From assembly GCA_965222225.1 (NCBI GenBank), contig CBDCTK010000002.1, positions 5,120,001-5,184,000 on the forward strand: a DNA stretch of 64,000 nucleotides. Reading direction: 5' to 3'. A model generated the notes under the pieces. The model saw only the letters and a program-made list of their open reading frames with translations. It was not told the DNA's origin and did no database searches. This document shows, piece by piece, positions 9,609-19,594 of the stretch. Source of the stretch: Candidatus Poribacteria bacterium. GTDB lineage: Bacteria; Poribacteria; WGA-4E; JAJDTR01. Within the stretch, counting starts at the first letter, position 1. The number at the start of each line of letters is the position of its first letter. The position numbers and the translations under genes were made by a program.

Positions 9609-9692
9609 GTAGTAGCGCAGTTCATTGCACGTCCGACCCCAAACTGAACTATCACACTGGAGCCGCTCGGTCTGGATTGACAAATCTAGACC
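9609..9692 (+). repeat. REP-like GTAG element plus hairpin, with a second copy near 15620-15691
   Basis: GTAGTAGCGCAGTTCATTGCAC ... GGTCTGGATTGACAAATCTAGACC; compare GGTCCGGATTGACGAATCCGGACT at 15668-15691. Confidence 0.6.
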
Positions 9693-9818
9693 GTCTTCCA
9701 CGAATGCTGTCGAATTTGTCAATCCCGCGACAGCACTGATTTGCATTCCCCAATAATACGAATTACGCATTAGGTTTTTTAGCTACGTGGTCACACGCAA
9801 TCTGAAACAAGGAGGACG

Positions 9819-11156
9819 ATGTTAGGACAAGATACTCAATCCAATCAACAGATGAATCCGCTGATTGGCGTCGAATTTTTCAGTCAGAAAAAATTGGATG
9901 CGTGCACGCATTGCGGTCTCTGTCTGCCGACTTGTCCAACCTATCGCGAGCTGGGGTTGGAGACAGATTCGCCGCGTGGTCGGCTCTATTTGATGAGTAC
10001 GGCGTTTAGGGATGTTAACCCGACACCGCTCAATGAGGATTGGGCAAAATACATCTACCGCTGCTTGGATTGCCGCGCTTGTGAGACCGCTTGTCCTTCC
10101 GGGGTGCAATTCGGAGAACTTGTCGAGGAGGCACGGGCGATTTATGAGCTAAATGCCAAACGCCCAACGAAATATAGGTTCTGGACAAACCTGGTTTTTA
10201 AGGGGCTCTTGCCTAGACGTATGCTACTCAATTTAGTTTTTGAGTTGATGTGGTTGTATCAACGCCTCGGGATTCGCACGCTTGTGCGCCGCACGGGAAT
10301 TCTAAAGCTGATGGGCAAAATGGGTGAAATGGAAGCCATGATGCCCGAAGTTCCGACCCCTACCCTCAAATTTTCCCTGCGGAAGTTTTCCCCCGCAAAA
10401 GGAAAAGCGAAATATCGTGTCGGATTTGTCTCCGGATGCGTGATGAACCAACTCTTTACACGGACCAATCTTGCAACCGTTCGGGTGCTTCAAGAAAACG
10501 GTTGCGATGTTCTCACCCCGCGAAAACAGAACTGCTGCGGAGCGCTACATGTCCATAACGGTGTCCGTGATGTCGCGCTCGGTTTGGCGCGACAAAACAT
10601 TGACGCGTTCGAAGGGGAGAATCTGGAAGCAATCATTATCAACTCGGCGGGCTGCGGTGCGACGCTCAAGGAGTATGACGCGCTGATGGAGCACGATACG
10701 GAATACGCCGAAAAAGCAACGAGATTCAGCGAAAAAATGCGCGACATCAGTGAGTTCCTCGCCGAAATCGAAATGACACCACCCAAAGGCGAGATTAAAC
10801 GCAGCGTTACCTACGATGAACCTTGTCACTTGGTGCACGGACAAAATGTTCACGACCAACCCCGTCAGCTACTTCAATCCATACCGGGCTTGCGCTTTGT
10901 TGAACTCCATGAATCCGAATGGTGTTGCGGGAGCGCAGGCATTTACAATATTACTCAACCTGACATGTCTAAAAGCATTTTGGATCGCAAGATGAAACAT
11001 ATCGCCGATACCGAGGCGGAGATTGTAGCAACGGGGAATCCGGGCTGTATTTTGCAAATTCAACTCGGTTTACGGGAACGTGATTTGCCAATGAAGGTGA
11101 TGCACCCTATTGACCTTCTCGACTGCGCCTATCGCGGCGTTGATCCCCTTGCATAA
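9819..11156 (+). CDS. glcF: (Fe-S)-binding protein, glycolate oxidase iron-sulfur subunit-like
   Basis: CTHCGLCLPTCP and CLDCRACETACP ferredoxin motifs; two CCG domains (NCCGA, WCCGSAG). Confidence 0.85.
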   Translation: MLGQDTQSNQQMNPLIGVEFFSQKKLDACTHCGLCLPTCPTYRELGLETDSPRGRLYLMSTAFRDVNPTPLNEDWAKYIYRCLDCRACETACPSGVQFGELVEEARAIYELNAKRPTKYRFWTNLVFKGLLPRRMLLNLVFELMWLYQRLGIRTLVRRTGILKLMGKMGEMEAMMPEVPTPTLKFSLRKFSPAKGKAKYRVGFVSGCVMNQLFTRTNLATVRVLQENGCDVLTPRKQNCCGALHVHNGVRDVALGLARQNIDAFEGENLEAIIINSAGCGATLKEYDALMEHDTEYAEKATRFSEKMRDISEFLAEIEMTPPKGEIKRSVTYDEPCHLVHGQNVHDQPRQLLQSIPGLRFVELHESEWCCGSAGIYNITQPDMSKSILDRKMKHIADTEAEIVATGNPGCILQIQLGLRERDLPMKVMHPIDLLDCAYRGVDPLA

Positions 11157-11179
11157 ATTGTCCATACGGAGGCATACGC

Positions 11180-11599
11180 GTGATGAATTTGCTGGTAGTC
11201 GGATTATGTTCGGCGATTCTTCTTGCCAGCTTTGGGTGTGGAGGGATAAACCAGCCTGGGGCTGGACTACTCTACGACGCCAGAGTGCAAATAGGGATTG
11301 CCAAGGAGGTAGAAGCCGAAACGCTTGCCAACCAAGAATTGGCGGATGCCGAACAGATGCTTGTTCAAGCTGAAACGGCGCTGGATATGGGGGACGATGA
11401 CCAAGCCTATCGATTGGGGATGCGCGCCTATCTCAAAGCGAGACTAGCTGAAGCCATCGCTATCTTGAGGCGTAAGGAGCACCAAGTAACTGAAGTTGAG
11501 AAAGAACTGAAGTCGAAACTTCACGCTGCGGACGCCGCACACCGTCAGTTTGAAGAAGCGGAGGACGGATTGGAACGGTTGAAAGCGACACCGCCATAA
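11180..11599 (+). CDS. DUF4398-like helical lipoprotein
   Basis: Lipobox SFG-C; Ala/Glu-rich helical body; directly upstream of an OmpA-domain gene, the usual pairing. Confidence 0.7.
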   Translation: MMNLLVVGLCSAILLASFGCGGINQPGAGLLYDARVQIGIAKEVEAETLANQELADAEQMLVQAETALDMGDDDQAYRLGMRAYLKARLAEAIAILRRKEHQVTEVEKELKSKLHAADAAHRQFEEAEDGLERLKATPP

Positions 11600-11655
11600 A
11601 TCCACCCCGGAAATGTTCGAGACTTCGTAAACCCTAAGCTGGGCGAATAGCCACA

Positions 11656-13335
11656 ATGCAATCTTACCGATCTAAATCTGTTTTCTGTTTTTTAATCGCA
11701 TGCATGGTGGCAGTCGGATGCGGGGGTAAGGTTGATTCAATCTTGCTTGAAACCTCCTTGCAAAATGCGCAAAGCGTTGTTTCCGATGCACAACGCCTTG
11801 ATGCCGAAGTTTACGCTAAAACCGGGATTACACGGGCAATGAAGCTCCTTGAGGACGCACGAGGTGCGCAGCGCGCCGGGGATGGTGCCCATAGCTTGGA
11901 GTTGGCGTATCAGGCGCAGATGGAGGCGAAAATTTCAGGAATTCAAGCACGCCAATCGGTTGTGCAATTGCAAATCGATCAAGCCAAGGCAGAGATACTT
12001 GATGTTATCATACAGGAGAAAAATCATGAGGTACAGGCCGCACAAACCCGCCAAGCAATTGCCGAAGAGCTAACGAGTCGTGCCTTGGATAGAGCCGGTC
12101 GCGCCGAAAAACAGGCGATTGATGCTCAAGCCGTGGCAGATGAAGCGAAGAAAGCTGCCCAAAAGTTGATGCGGTATCATGAGACGCAGTTAGCCATCTC
12201 CGAAGCTAAACACGTCCTTAATTTTGCCAACGAAGCTGGCGCTACGGTTCGTGCGCCGGTTGACTACAAGGCGGCTGGGAACCTGATTGCCGAGGCGCTT
12301 GCGCTGCTCCAGCGCGATGCCTTTGATGATGCGGCAGATTTGGCAAGTCAAGCCAAGGAACGAGCGCAAAATGCTCGCCTAGCCTCCGTTAAGGCTGCTG
12401 GCGCAGCCAGTGCGAAGAAAACGGAGGCATTTACAACGGCAAGGCTCTCAATCGCGGCGGCGCAGACGGAAATCAATCGAGCCGAAAGTGTATACGCATC
12501 GATACATGCGGAAGACCTCTTTCAGCGTGCAACCTCGGCGCTTGAACAAGCGGATATCTCGTTGAACGCCGAGCAATACTCGCAGGCTTCGCAGAAGGCG
12601 GGGCAAGCGGAAAACCTGGCGCGTCAAGCGTATACGGCTGCAGAGGTGATAGACCGTCAACGACGGGCGCAAGAGGTGTTAGAAGAACAGATTGCACAGG
12701 CAAAGGATGCGATATTCAAGGCAGAAGAAAGTATTGAGGGTCAACGAGAGACGGATGTGCCAAATCTTGCTCCGGAGTTGTACAAACGAGCCAATGCCTT
12801 ATTAACGGACGCAAGAACGGCGCTAACTGATGAGAATTACGAATCTGCCATCAAATTCGCCAAGCAGAGTCAGGAGGTTCTTGACGAGGCAATTGGCAAC
12901 GCCAAGCAGGTTGAAGCCGTAGAAAATCGTATTATTGAGGCAGCCGGTGCGCTTTCATTCGCGGAGGTTGAAAAAAGCGAGCGCGGAATACTGATTCGGT
13001 TTAGCGGGAATCTCTTTGACTCCGGAAGCGCAAAACTGAATGCCGAATTTTTACCCCGCCTTAAACAACTCGCTGAAGTTATCAAAGATTTCTCAAATTA
13101 TGACGTTCGAATTGAGGGACACAGTGATAGCAGTGGCAGTGAGGAAGCCAACCTCAGATTGACGGAGAAGAGAGCAATCGCTTTCAAGGAATACCTTGTG
13201 GAACAGTGTGGCGCCCCGGACGAACGTTTGGAGACTGTTGGGTTCGGGGAGACCGCGCCGATTGTGGCTGACATTGACAATTCAAGTAAGGCAAAAAACC
13301 GTCGAATCGATACAATCATTCTAACGCGACAGTAA
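11656..13335 (+). CDS. Lipoprotein with repeated DUF4398-like helical units and a C-terminal OmpA/MotB peptidoglycan-binding domain
   Basis: AVG-C lipobox; FDSGSAKL, IEGHSDSSG, NLRLTEKRA, GFGETAP, NRRID. Confidence 0.85.
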   Translation: MQSYRSKSVFCFLIACMVAVGCGGKVDSILLETSLQNAQSVVSDAQRLDAEVYAKTGITRAMKLLEDARGAQRAGDGAHSLELAYQAQMEAKISGIQARQSVVQLQIDQAKAEILDVIIQEKNHEVQAAQTRQAIAEELTSRALDRAGRAEKQAIDAQAVADEAKKAAQKLMRYHETQLAISEAKHVLNFANEAGATVRAPVDYKAAGNLIAEALALLQRDAFDDAADLASQAKERAQNARLASVKAAGAASAKKTEAFTTARLSIAAAQTEINRAESVYASIHAEDLFQRATSALEQADISLNAEQYSQASQKAGQAENLARQAYTAAEVIDRQRRAQEVLEEQIAQAKDAIFKAEESIEGQRETDVPNLAPELYKRANALLTDARTALTDENYESAIKFAKQSQEVLDEAIGNAKQVEAVENRIIEAAGALSFAEVEKSERGILIRFSGNLFDSGSAKLNAEFLPRLKQLAEVIKDFSNYDVRIEGHSDSSGSEEANLRLTEKRAIAFKEYLVEQCGAPDERLETVGFGETAPIVADIDNSSKAKNRRIDTIILTRQ

Positions 13336-13375
13336 ACTAGCACGGATAATCACTGGCTTGGGAGGCTTAACGGTC

Positions 13376-13672
13376 ATGGCATATCCGGGGCCACCGCCGC
13401 AACTTGACTCTTTTATCGTCACGCAAATATCCCAAAGTTTGTTCGGCGATAGGTTCATCATCTTCTACGATAACATCATTCAGTTTCACAACCACTCTTA
13501 CTCTGTTGAGCGAATTAACGAGCCTAACCATCCCTACTATAAGCACTACTATTTGGTTGATGTGAACTCCAAGTTGGCGATGTGCACCGATATTGAGTGC
13601 GCGCCGCCCGGGAGTTACGGCGCAATTTTTGATCCGGACACGGGGGAAATTGTCGGGCACGATCAACTCTAG
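13376..13672 (+). CDS. Hypothetical protein (98 aa)
   Basis: GGAGG RBS upstream of ATG 13376; fills the gap between genes; protein-like composition. Confidence 0.6.
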   Translation: MAYPGPPPQLDSFIVTQISQSLFGDRFIIFYDNIIQFHNHSYSVERINEPNHPYYKHYYLVDVNSKLAMCTDIECAPPGSYGAIFDPDTGEIVGHDQL

Positions 13673-13735
13673 CCGGAGAAGTGAACAACGAGAATAACTC
13701 GTCAAATGGGTGTCATGAGCCGCCATACCCTATTT

Positions 13736-14599
13736 TCACGCAATGTACTTGCCGATTAGTAAATCCAATTTGCGTCGGGTATCTTCGGGGATTAGTTTTT
13801 GATTGGTTGCGATTGACGTTGCGAGGGCGGTTGGGCACGCGCACCCGGTTCGCTCGTCGGAAATCCTGCGAATAATGGCTTTGACAGCCTCTTTCGCGGT
13901 TTCTACGTTGGCAAGCAAGTGCTGTAATATCATTTCCGCCGTGACATTGTCGTGGTCCGGATGCCAACAATCGTAATCCGTTGAGCAGGCGAGCGTCGCA
14001 TAGCAGATTTCGGCTTCACGGGCAAGTTTGGCTTCCGTGGCAGCCGTCATTCCGATGACATCAAAGCCGAGGTGTCTGTACACTTTCGATTCAGCCTGAG
14101 TTGAGAAGGCGGGCCCTTCCATACAGATATATGTGCCGCCTTTGTGCGTCGTCACGCCAACCGAAGTGCCTCCCTCATAAATTAGTTCGCTTAGAACGGG
14201 GCAGAATGGATGGGCGAGACTGACATGGGCTGCGAGCCCCTCTCCAAAAAATGTGCTCACCCGATTCTTGGTGTGATCGAACAACTGATCCGGAACGACA
14301 AAGTGGCGCGGTTCTATCTCCGATTTCAGGCTTCCGACGGCACTAACGGAAATAATCCACTCAACCCCAAGGCTTTTCAGAGCATAGATGTTTGCACGAA
14401 CGTTAATCTCCGATGGCAGTAGGCGATGTCCTATGCCGTGACGCGGAAGAAATACCACCCGCTTTCCTTCAATCGTGCCGAGTATTAGTGAATCGCTGGG
14501 TTTTCCAAAGGGAGTGTTGAGGCTAATCTCCTCTATGTCGCTAAGTCCTTCCATCTGATAGAAGCCGCTACCGCCAATCACCCCAATTTTGACACTCAT
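13736..14599 (-). CDS. mtnP: S-methyl-5'-thioadenosine phosphorylase
   Basis: IGGSGFY, PRHG, SAVGSL, MEGPAFST, IGMT, TDYDCW; GGAGG before ATG 14599. Confidence 0.93.
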   Translation of the reverse strand: MSVKIGVIGGSGFYQMEGLSDIEEISLNTPFGKPSDSLILGTIEGKRVVFLPRHGIGHRLLPSEINVRANIYALKSLGVEWIISVSAVGSLKSEIEPRHFVVPDQLFDHTKNRVSTFFGEGLAAHVSLAHPFCPVLSELIYEGGTSVGVTTHKGGTYICMEGPAFSTQAESKVYRHLGFDVIGMTAATEAKLAREAEICYATLACSTDYDCWHPDHDNVTAEMILQHLLANVETAKEAVKAIIRRISDERTGCACPTALATSIATNQKLIPEDTRRKLDLLIGKYIA

Positions 14600-14775
14600 A
14601 CATCCTCCAATCATCTTTGAAGATAGATATATTGCACGTTATAATTTCCCTGCCTATTTTGCGATGCATCTATATAATTTTGCGCGAACTGTCGATACGA
14701 ACGCTAAAAGAGTAATCTCGGGTCTAGTATCAGCGTAGGCTTTGTTGGCATGGTAAGGAAAGGTTATCACTAAGG

Positions 14776-15597
14776 ATGGTCTCATTACAGTGCAGGGACT
14801 TGACAATCGAAGGTGAATCGGGTTCCGCTGTTGCCACATACATACGCGTGAAGGAATTGGATCTCATTTTCGATCTCGGTCGCTGTCCGATGAGTTTTAT
14901 CGGTACCGGTCATGTGTTCATCTCCCATTTTCATTTGGACCACTACTTTGGGCTGCCAATATATATCAGTCAACGCTGGCTTGCGGGGATACCGCCCGGG
15001 AAGATTTATGTTCCTGAAGCTGGCATAGAGCAGTTGCGGAGCATTTTGGACCGGATTTCGATACTCGACTGCGGCGCCGTATGGGACTACCACGTCACGC
15101 CGGTTGAAGCGGGAGATCGGATTCCGTTCCGCCAAAATCTAGTCGCACATGTGTTGCCGGGTTACCATAGAGTGCCGTCAGTCGGGTACCTCATTTGTGA
15201 GAGCCGCGAGAAACTCAAACCGGAGTTCCACGGCTTGCCGGGGAAAGAAATTGCGGAGTTGCGCCGATCCGGTATTAAGGTAACCGCCCAAGTTGAACTG
15301 CCGTTAATCGCATACTTGGGAGACACGCATCGCTTCGAGCCTGATGCCCAGCCCCTATTGCGGAAGTGCAAGGTCTTAATCTGTGAGTGTACCTTCCTCA
15401 CTCCGGAGCACCGCAAACGCGCAGAGAAATCAATGCACCTGCATCTTGACGCCATGCCGGCTTTATTGGCTGCCTTTGAAAGCGAACATATTGTACTCAC
15501 ACATTTTTCACGCCGATATACGCCAGACGTTATTCGCGAGCGCATCAATACCGCGTTGTCGCCTCTGGACCGCTCTCGCGTTCAACTTTTAATCTAG
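14776..15597 (+). CDS. Metallo-beta-lactamase-fold hydrolase, RNase Z (short, TM-type)-like
   Basis: SHFHLDH, HRVPSVGY, EKLKPEF-GLPG arm, YLGDT, ECTF, THFSRRY. Confidence 0.8.
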   Translation: MVSLQCRDLTIEGESGSAVATYIRVKELDLIFDLGRCPMSFIGTGHVFISHFHLDHYFGLPIYISQRWLAGIPPGKIYVPEAGIEQLRSILDRISILDCGAVWDYHVTPVEAGDRIPFRQNLVAHVLPGYHRVPSVGYLICESREKLKPEFHGLPGKEIAELRRSGIKVTAQVELPLIAYLGDTHRFEPDAQPLLRKCKVLICECTFLTPEHRKRAEKSMHLHLDAMPALLAAFESEHIVLTHFSRRYTPDVIRERINTALSPLDRSRVQLLI

Positions 15598-15895
15598 ATG
15601 GGACTTACGCAATTCAGGTTTATAGCGGCACAATTCGTTGCGCTTCCGGTACGCTCTGTAACTGCTCGGTCCGGATTGACGAATCCGGACTGTACGCTCG
15701 AATCTGTTAGGCCGCCCAATCCGTGGTGTTATTCGTTACGTAGATTAATTCCAAAATCCCTACGTTTTGTCGGCGGATATTTCCAAAAACCCAATGCACT
15801 AGGGGCTCACATCTAGGCTCTGTGATTCCTCGATCATGAAAAAAGCAGGGAACGTTGTCCCCTGCTTTTTTGATTTGATGCAACCGATGATTCAA

Positions 15896-17269
15896 CTAGG
15901 ATTTTGCGCCGGGGTGATCGTTCGGGTCTCGGTCCGATGTCCCAGCCTCCTGCTCGACATAGAACTTATAACCGTCACCATCCTGATCTATCTCGAATTG
16001 GCGGACAATCTGTTCCGCTTCCCGATAGTATGCCACATCGCGACCGAGACTCATGTAAGCTTTGAAGGCTTCATAAGCTTTGGCAAACTCGCGAATACCT
16101 CGGTAACAAACAGCTTGCTGGTAGACTCCTTCGGCGCGCCAGATAGATTCGGCGTTATTGTCGAACAGGTTCTGATAGGCTTCAATTGCCTGTTCAAACT
16201 GCCCGTTCAATTGATATAATCTGCCAATTTGATAACGAGCGTCCGCAGCCGAGAATTTCTTGTAAGAGAGTTGATTCGCTAACGTCCGATACGCGACAAT
16301 GGCATTGGGATAGTTTCTAAGGTCCTCCCAACGCCGCCCGATAAACTGAAAGCATTGAACGACAATGTCGACATAACGGGAACCGTATCTTTCGTTCGAC
16401 AATATTACCCGCCCGGCATTTTCATATTCTGTCGCCTTTTTGCTTCGATACCGCTTAATCTCCGCTTGGTTTTGGGCAATTTCATCTAGGTTACGGCTCG
16501 TTTCTTTCAGCAGCCGTTCTGCTTGAGTCGCATCGTAAGAGTCGGGATACATCTCAATCACTTTATTGTACCAGGGCCAACCACCCTGATAATCGTACAA
16601 CTTATAGAAATGGATGTAGCCAATCTTCGTCAAGGCCGGAGGCGCTTTTTCATGCTCCGGAAATTCATTAACCATCCGCTGATAATTCGCAATCGCCTCC
16701 AGATAGTTCCCTAACTGTTCGTAGCTGTCGGCGACATCATACAACGCTTGGCCGGCTGTGTGATAGTGTTCCTGCGCGTTGTCTTGTTTATATAACGCAC
16801 TGTAGTTTTGGTATCTGCGCCGCTTTTCGTCGATCAGCTGATGATATTTGCGAATGTTGGCAATCCCGCTTTTTGCTTGACCGCCGTAGTATCCTGATGG
16901 TGCTACCTCTATAATCGCGTCATAGTGTTCGGTGGCTTTGTCCCACTCATAGTGCTTCTTGTAAATTTCGGCAATCTGATAATGGGATCGCTGGGAATAC
17001 TTGCCGGTGGGATTGGACTCAATGATTCCGGCATAAGCGTTAAGCGCTTCATCGTAGAGCATCTTCTTTTTTGCAACTTGCTCGCGCCACTTTTCTCGAT
17101 CTTCGTCCTTGTCAGCTTTGATACGATACGCTTCCGCTTTGTCAAATTTTTTGTCCGCATTCTGAACTCTTGCGCCGATTGGAATAATCTGCACCCCGCC
17201 GCAACCTGCAAGCATTATGGTAACGACGACAAATGCGAGGCAAAGGTTAAAACACACAAATCGTTTCAT
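15896..17269 (-). CDS. TPR-repeat lipoprotein (BamD/CpoB-like repeats) with a C-terminal DxDxDG Ca-binding-like motif
   Basis: LAG-C lipobox; repeated TPR helical units; C-terminal DQDGDG...GTSDRDPNDHP. Confidence 0.8.
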   Translation of the reverse strand: MKRFVCFNLCLAFVVVTIMLAGCGGVQIIPIGARVQNADKKFDKAEAYRIKADKDEDREKWREQVAKKKMLYDEALNAYAGIIESNPTGKYSQRSHYQIAEIYKKHYEWDKATEHYDAIIEVAPSGYYGGQAKSGIANIRKYHQLIDEKRRRYQNYSALYKQDNAQEHYHTAGQALYDVADSYEQLGNYLEAIANYQRMVNEFPEHEKAPPALTKIGYIHFYKLYDYQGGWPWYNKVIEMYPDSYDATQAERLLKETSRNLDEIAQNQAEIKRYRSKKATEYENAGRVILSNERYGSRYVDIVVQCFQFIGRRWEDLRNYPNAIVAYRTLANQLSYKKFSAADARYQIGRLYQLNGQFEQAIEAYQNLFDNNAESIWRAEGVYQQAVCYRGIREFAKAYEAFKAYMSLGRDVAYYREAEQIVRQFEIDQDGDGYKFYVEQEAGTSDRDPNDHPGAKS

Positions 17270-17647
17270 TTTGGGTTCCTCCAAATCTGTAATCGAATAT
17301 CATTGAATAGAGTCGAGTCAATCAATCAGCCCTTTACGCCTAGCTGGAATTGAACTCGACTAGCTACCATGTAGAATTTTGCGTTTTTACAAAGATCGCT
17401 TCTTAAACGAAGATATTAAACCATCTCTGCCAATATATCAAGAAAATTCTTACAATCTCATCATTTCCCGTAGGAGAGGTTTCTGAATCGCGGCTTCTTT
17501 TGCGATTATCCCATTACAACAACAGTTTCCATTGATGCCAATCTCCACTTTTTGCTATAATCAACTCTGGTCTAGAATGAGCAGACCGGAAGTAGAAGGC
17601 TTAATCATGAAACGGCACCTGATAGGACACAAATCGAACAGATCCTA

Positions 17648-18418
17648 GTGATGACTTCAGAGGTCGATGCTATGACATCTCCCGGATATTCGTGGGAATC
17701 ACCTCCAGAATCGTTTGCTCTCACAAATGATGATGTCCACGTATGGATGGTCTCGTTAGACCGAAATCCGTCGGAACTCGATAGCTTAAGGCAAACCCTC
17801 ACACTCGACGAACAGAAACGAGCTGACTGCTTCCGATTCCAGAAACACCGTGACCGTTTTATTGTTGGTCGAGGAGTGCTCAGGACTATTCTCGGCAGGT
17901 ACTTGGATCAACACCCGAACCAACTACGCTTTCAATACACTCCCTACGGCAAGCCGACACTTTCGACAGAAACGGAGATTTTAAGCTTCAATTTGTCCCA
18001 TTCACACGATCTTGCCCTCTACGCAGTCACTCAAAAGCGGGAGATTGGGGTTGACGTAGAATTCATCCGCAAAGATATCAATCTGCTCGGAATCGCCAAG
18101 CGGTGCTTTTCGGAGCGAGAGTACGCTCAACTTCAAGCGCTCCCTCAGTCTTGCCAGCTTCAGACATTCTTCAATTGCTGGACGCGAAAAGAAGCGTTCA
18201 TCAAGGCAAAGGGCGAGGGGTTTTCACTGCCGCTGTACCAGTTCGATGTTTCAATCACCCCGGGCAAGCCTGCGGCGCTGTTGCGCACAGAATGGAATCC
18301 CGATGAAGCTGCGCTCTGGACGCTAACATCGTTGAACACCGCCCCCGGCTACGCCGCTGGGCTGGCTGTGGAAGGAAAGCACTGGAATCTTCAGCGCTGG
18401 ATTTTTGATTTGGCATAG
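17648..18418 (+). CDS. Sfp/HetI-type 4'-phosphopantetheinyl transferase
   Basis: YGKP, FNLSHS, IGVDVE, WTRKEAFIKAKG. Confidence 0.92.
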   Translation: MMTSEVDAMTSPGYSWESPPESFALTNDDVHVWMVSLDRNPSELDSLRQTLTLDEQKRADCFRFQKHRDRFIVGRGVLRTILGRYLDQHPNQLRFQYTPYGKPTLSTETEILSFNLSHSHDLALYAVTQKREIGVDVEFIRKDINLLGIAKRCFSEREYAQLQALPQSCQLQTFFNCWTRKEAFIKAKGEGFSLPLYQFDVSITPGKPAALLRTEWNPDEAALWTLTSLNTAPGYAAGLAVEGKHWNLQRWIFDLA

Positions 18419-18436
18419 CTAGATTGACCTGAAGTG

Positions 18437-19519
18437 TCAAGACGCTTTGCCCATCATTGCCCCCGGCTTACCGAAGTTTGTCCTAAGTTGGCCACAGGCA
18501 GCGGCGATGTCTTGTCCCTTGCTAAATCGGATGGGAGTGACGTGATGTCCGGGTGAAACGGTTTGACGAAAATGCTCAATGCGATTGAGTTCTGGACGAC
18601 GAAACTCCGAATCCTCAATCTCATTGAACGGGATAAGGTTCAGCTTGCACGGCAATCGGCTCATCAGTTTGCGGAGACGCTTCGCATCGGTGTCCGTGTC
18701 GTTCACATCACGGATTAGTACATATTCAAGCGTGGCTTTTCTCTTTGTTGCAAGCGCCCATTCTTTCGCGGCATCAAGCACCTCGTCAATGGGATATTTT
18801 TCGTTGATCGGTATTAGACGAGTCCTGACCGCATCCGTCGTGGCGTTAAGCGAAAGTGCCAAGTTACATTTCAACCCTTCTCTGGCGAATTCCCGCATCC
18901 GAGGAACAAGACCTACAGTCGAGATGGTGATTCGTTTCTCGGACAGTCCATAGCCATCCGGATTGGACAACAGACGCACCGATTTCAAAGTCTGTTCATA
19001 GTTGGCTAATGGCTCTCCCATGCCCATGAATACGATGTTTGTCACCGACTTGCCCTCGCTCAGATCCCTCTCAATAGCGGTGAATTGGTCTAAAATCTCG
19101 GACGCGCTCAAATTACGGAAAAATCCCATCTTCCCCGTTGCGCAAAAATCACAAGCCATAGCACACCCAACTTGCGAAGATATGCAAATCGTCGTACGTT
19201 CTTGGTCGTGCATTAAGACACTTTCAACCCTATCGCCGTTTGCCAGTTCAAACAAATACTTGGTGGCAACATCCGCGTCGGAGACAGTGCAGCGAGTGAC
19301 GCTTACTTCGCTAACGGAGGCCTCTGCTATGAGTTTTGTTCTGAAATTCTTGGGCAAATTGCTCATATGCTCGAAGTTCGACACACGTTTGCCATAGATC
19401 CATGAAGCGATTTGCGCCGCTCGATATTTTGGCTCGCCCCATCCCGTGACAAGTGCCTTTAATTCAGGCAGCGTTAGTCCCTTCAAATTGATTTTTTCCC
19501 GTGATTCAAAGGTTTCCAT
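18437..19519 (-). CDS. rlmN: 23S rRNA/tRNA adenine C2-methyltransferase (radical SAM)
   Basis: SSQVGCAMACDFC, MGMGEP, AACGQL. Confidence 0.95.
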   Translation of the reverse strand: METFESREKINLKGLTLPELKALVTGWGEPKYRAAQIASWIYGKRVSNFEHMSNLPKNFRTKLIAEASVSEVSVTRCTVSDADVATKYLFELANGDRVESVLMHDQERTTICISSQVGCAMACDFCATGKMGFFRNLSASEILDQFTAIERDLSEGKSVTNIVFMGMGEPLANYEQTLKSVRLLSNPDGYGLSEKRITISTVGLVPRMREFAREGLKCNLALSLNATTDAVRTRLIPINEKYPIDEVLDAAKEWALATKRKATLEYVLIRDVNDTDTDAKRLRKLMSRLPCKLNLIPFNEIEDSEFRRPELNRIEHFRQTVSPGHHVTPIRFSKGQDIAAACGQLRTNFGKPGAMMGKAS

Positions 19520-19594
19520 CGATTTTTCGCCATTCGTGCGGCGTCCCTGCGTTTCCAGAGTATTTCATAGACAAATCGTGTCAGGAATGCTGTT

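Noticed and set aside
13333-13343. TAAACTAGCAC, matching the IS right end at the OmpA gene stop
   Set aside because: Only 11 bp, with no partner IR or target duplication; compatible with chance.
15600-15611. GGGACTTACGCA, resembling a MITE terminal repeat
   Set aside because: No matching TGCGTAAGTCC end nearby, so element boundaries cannot be defined.
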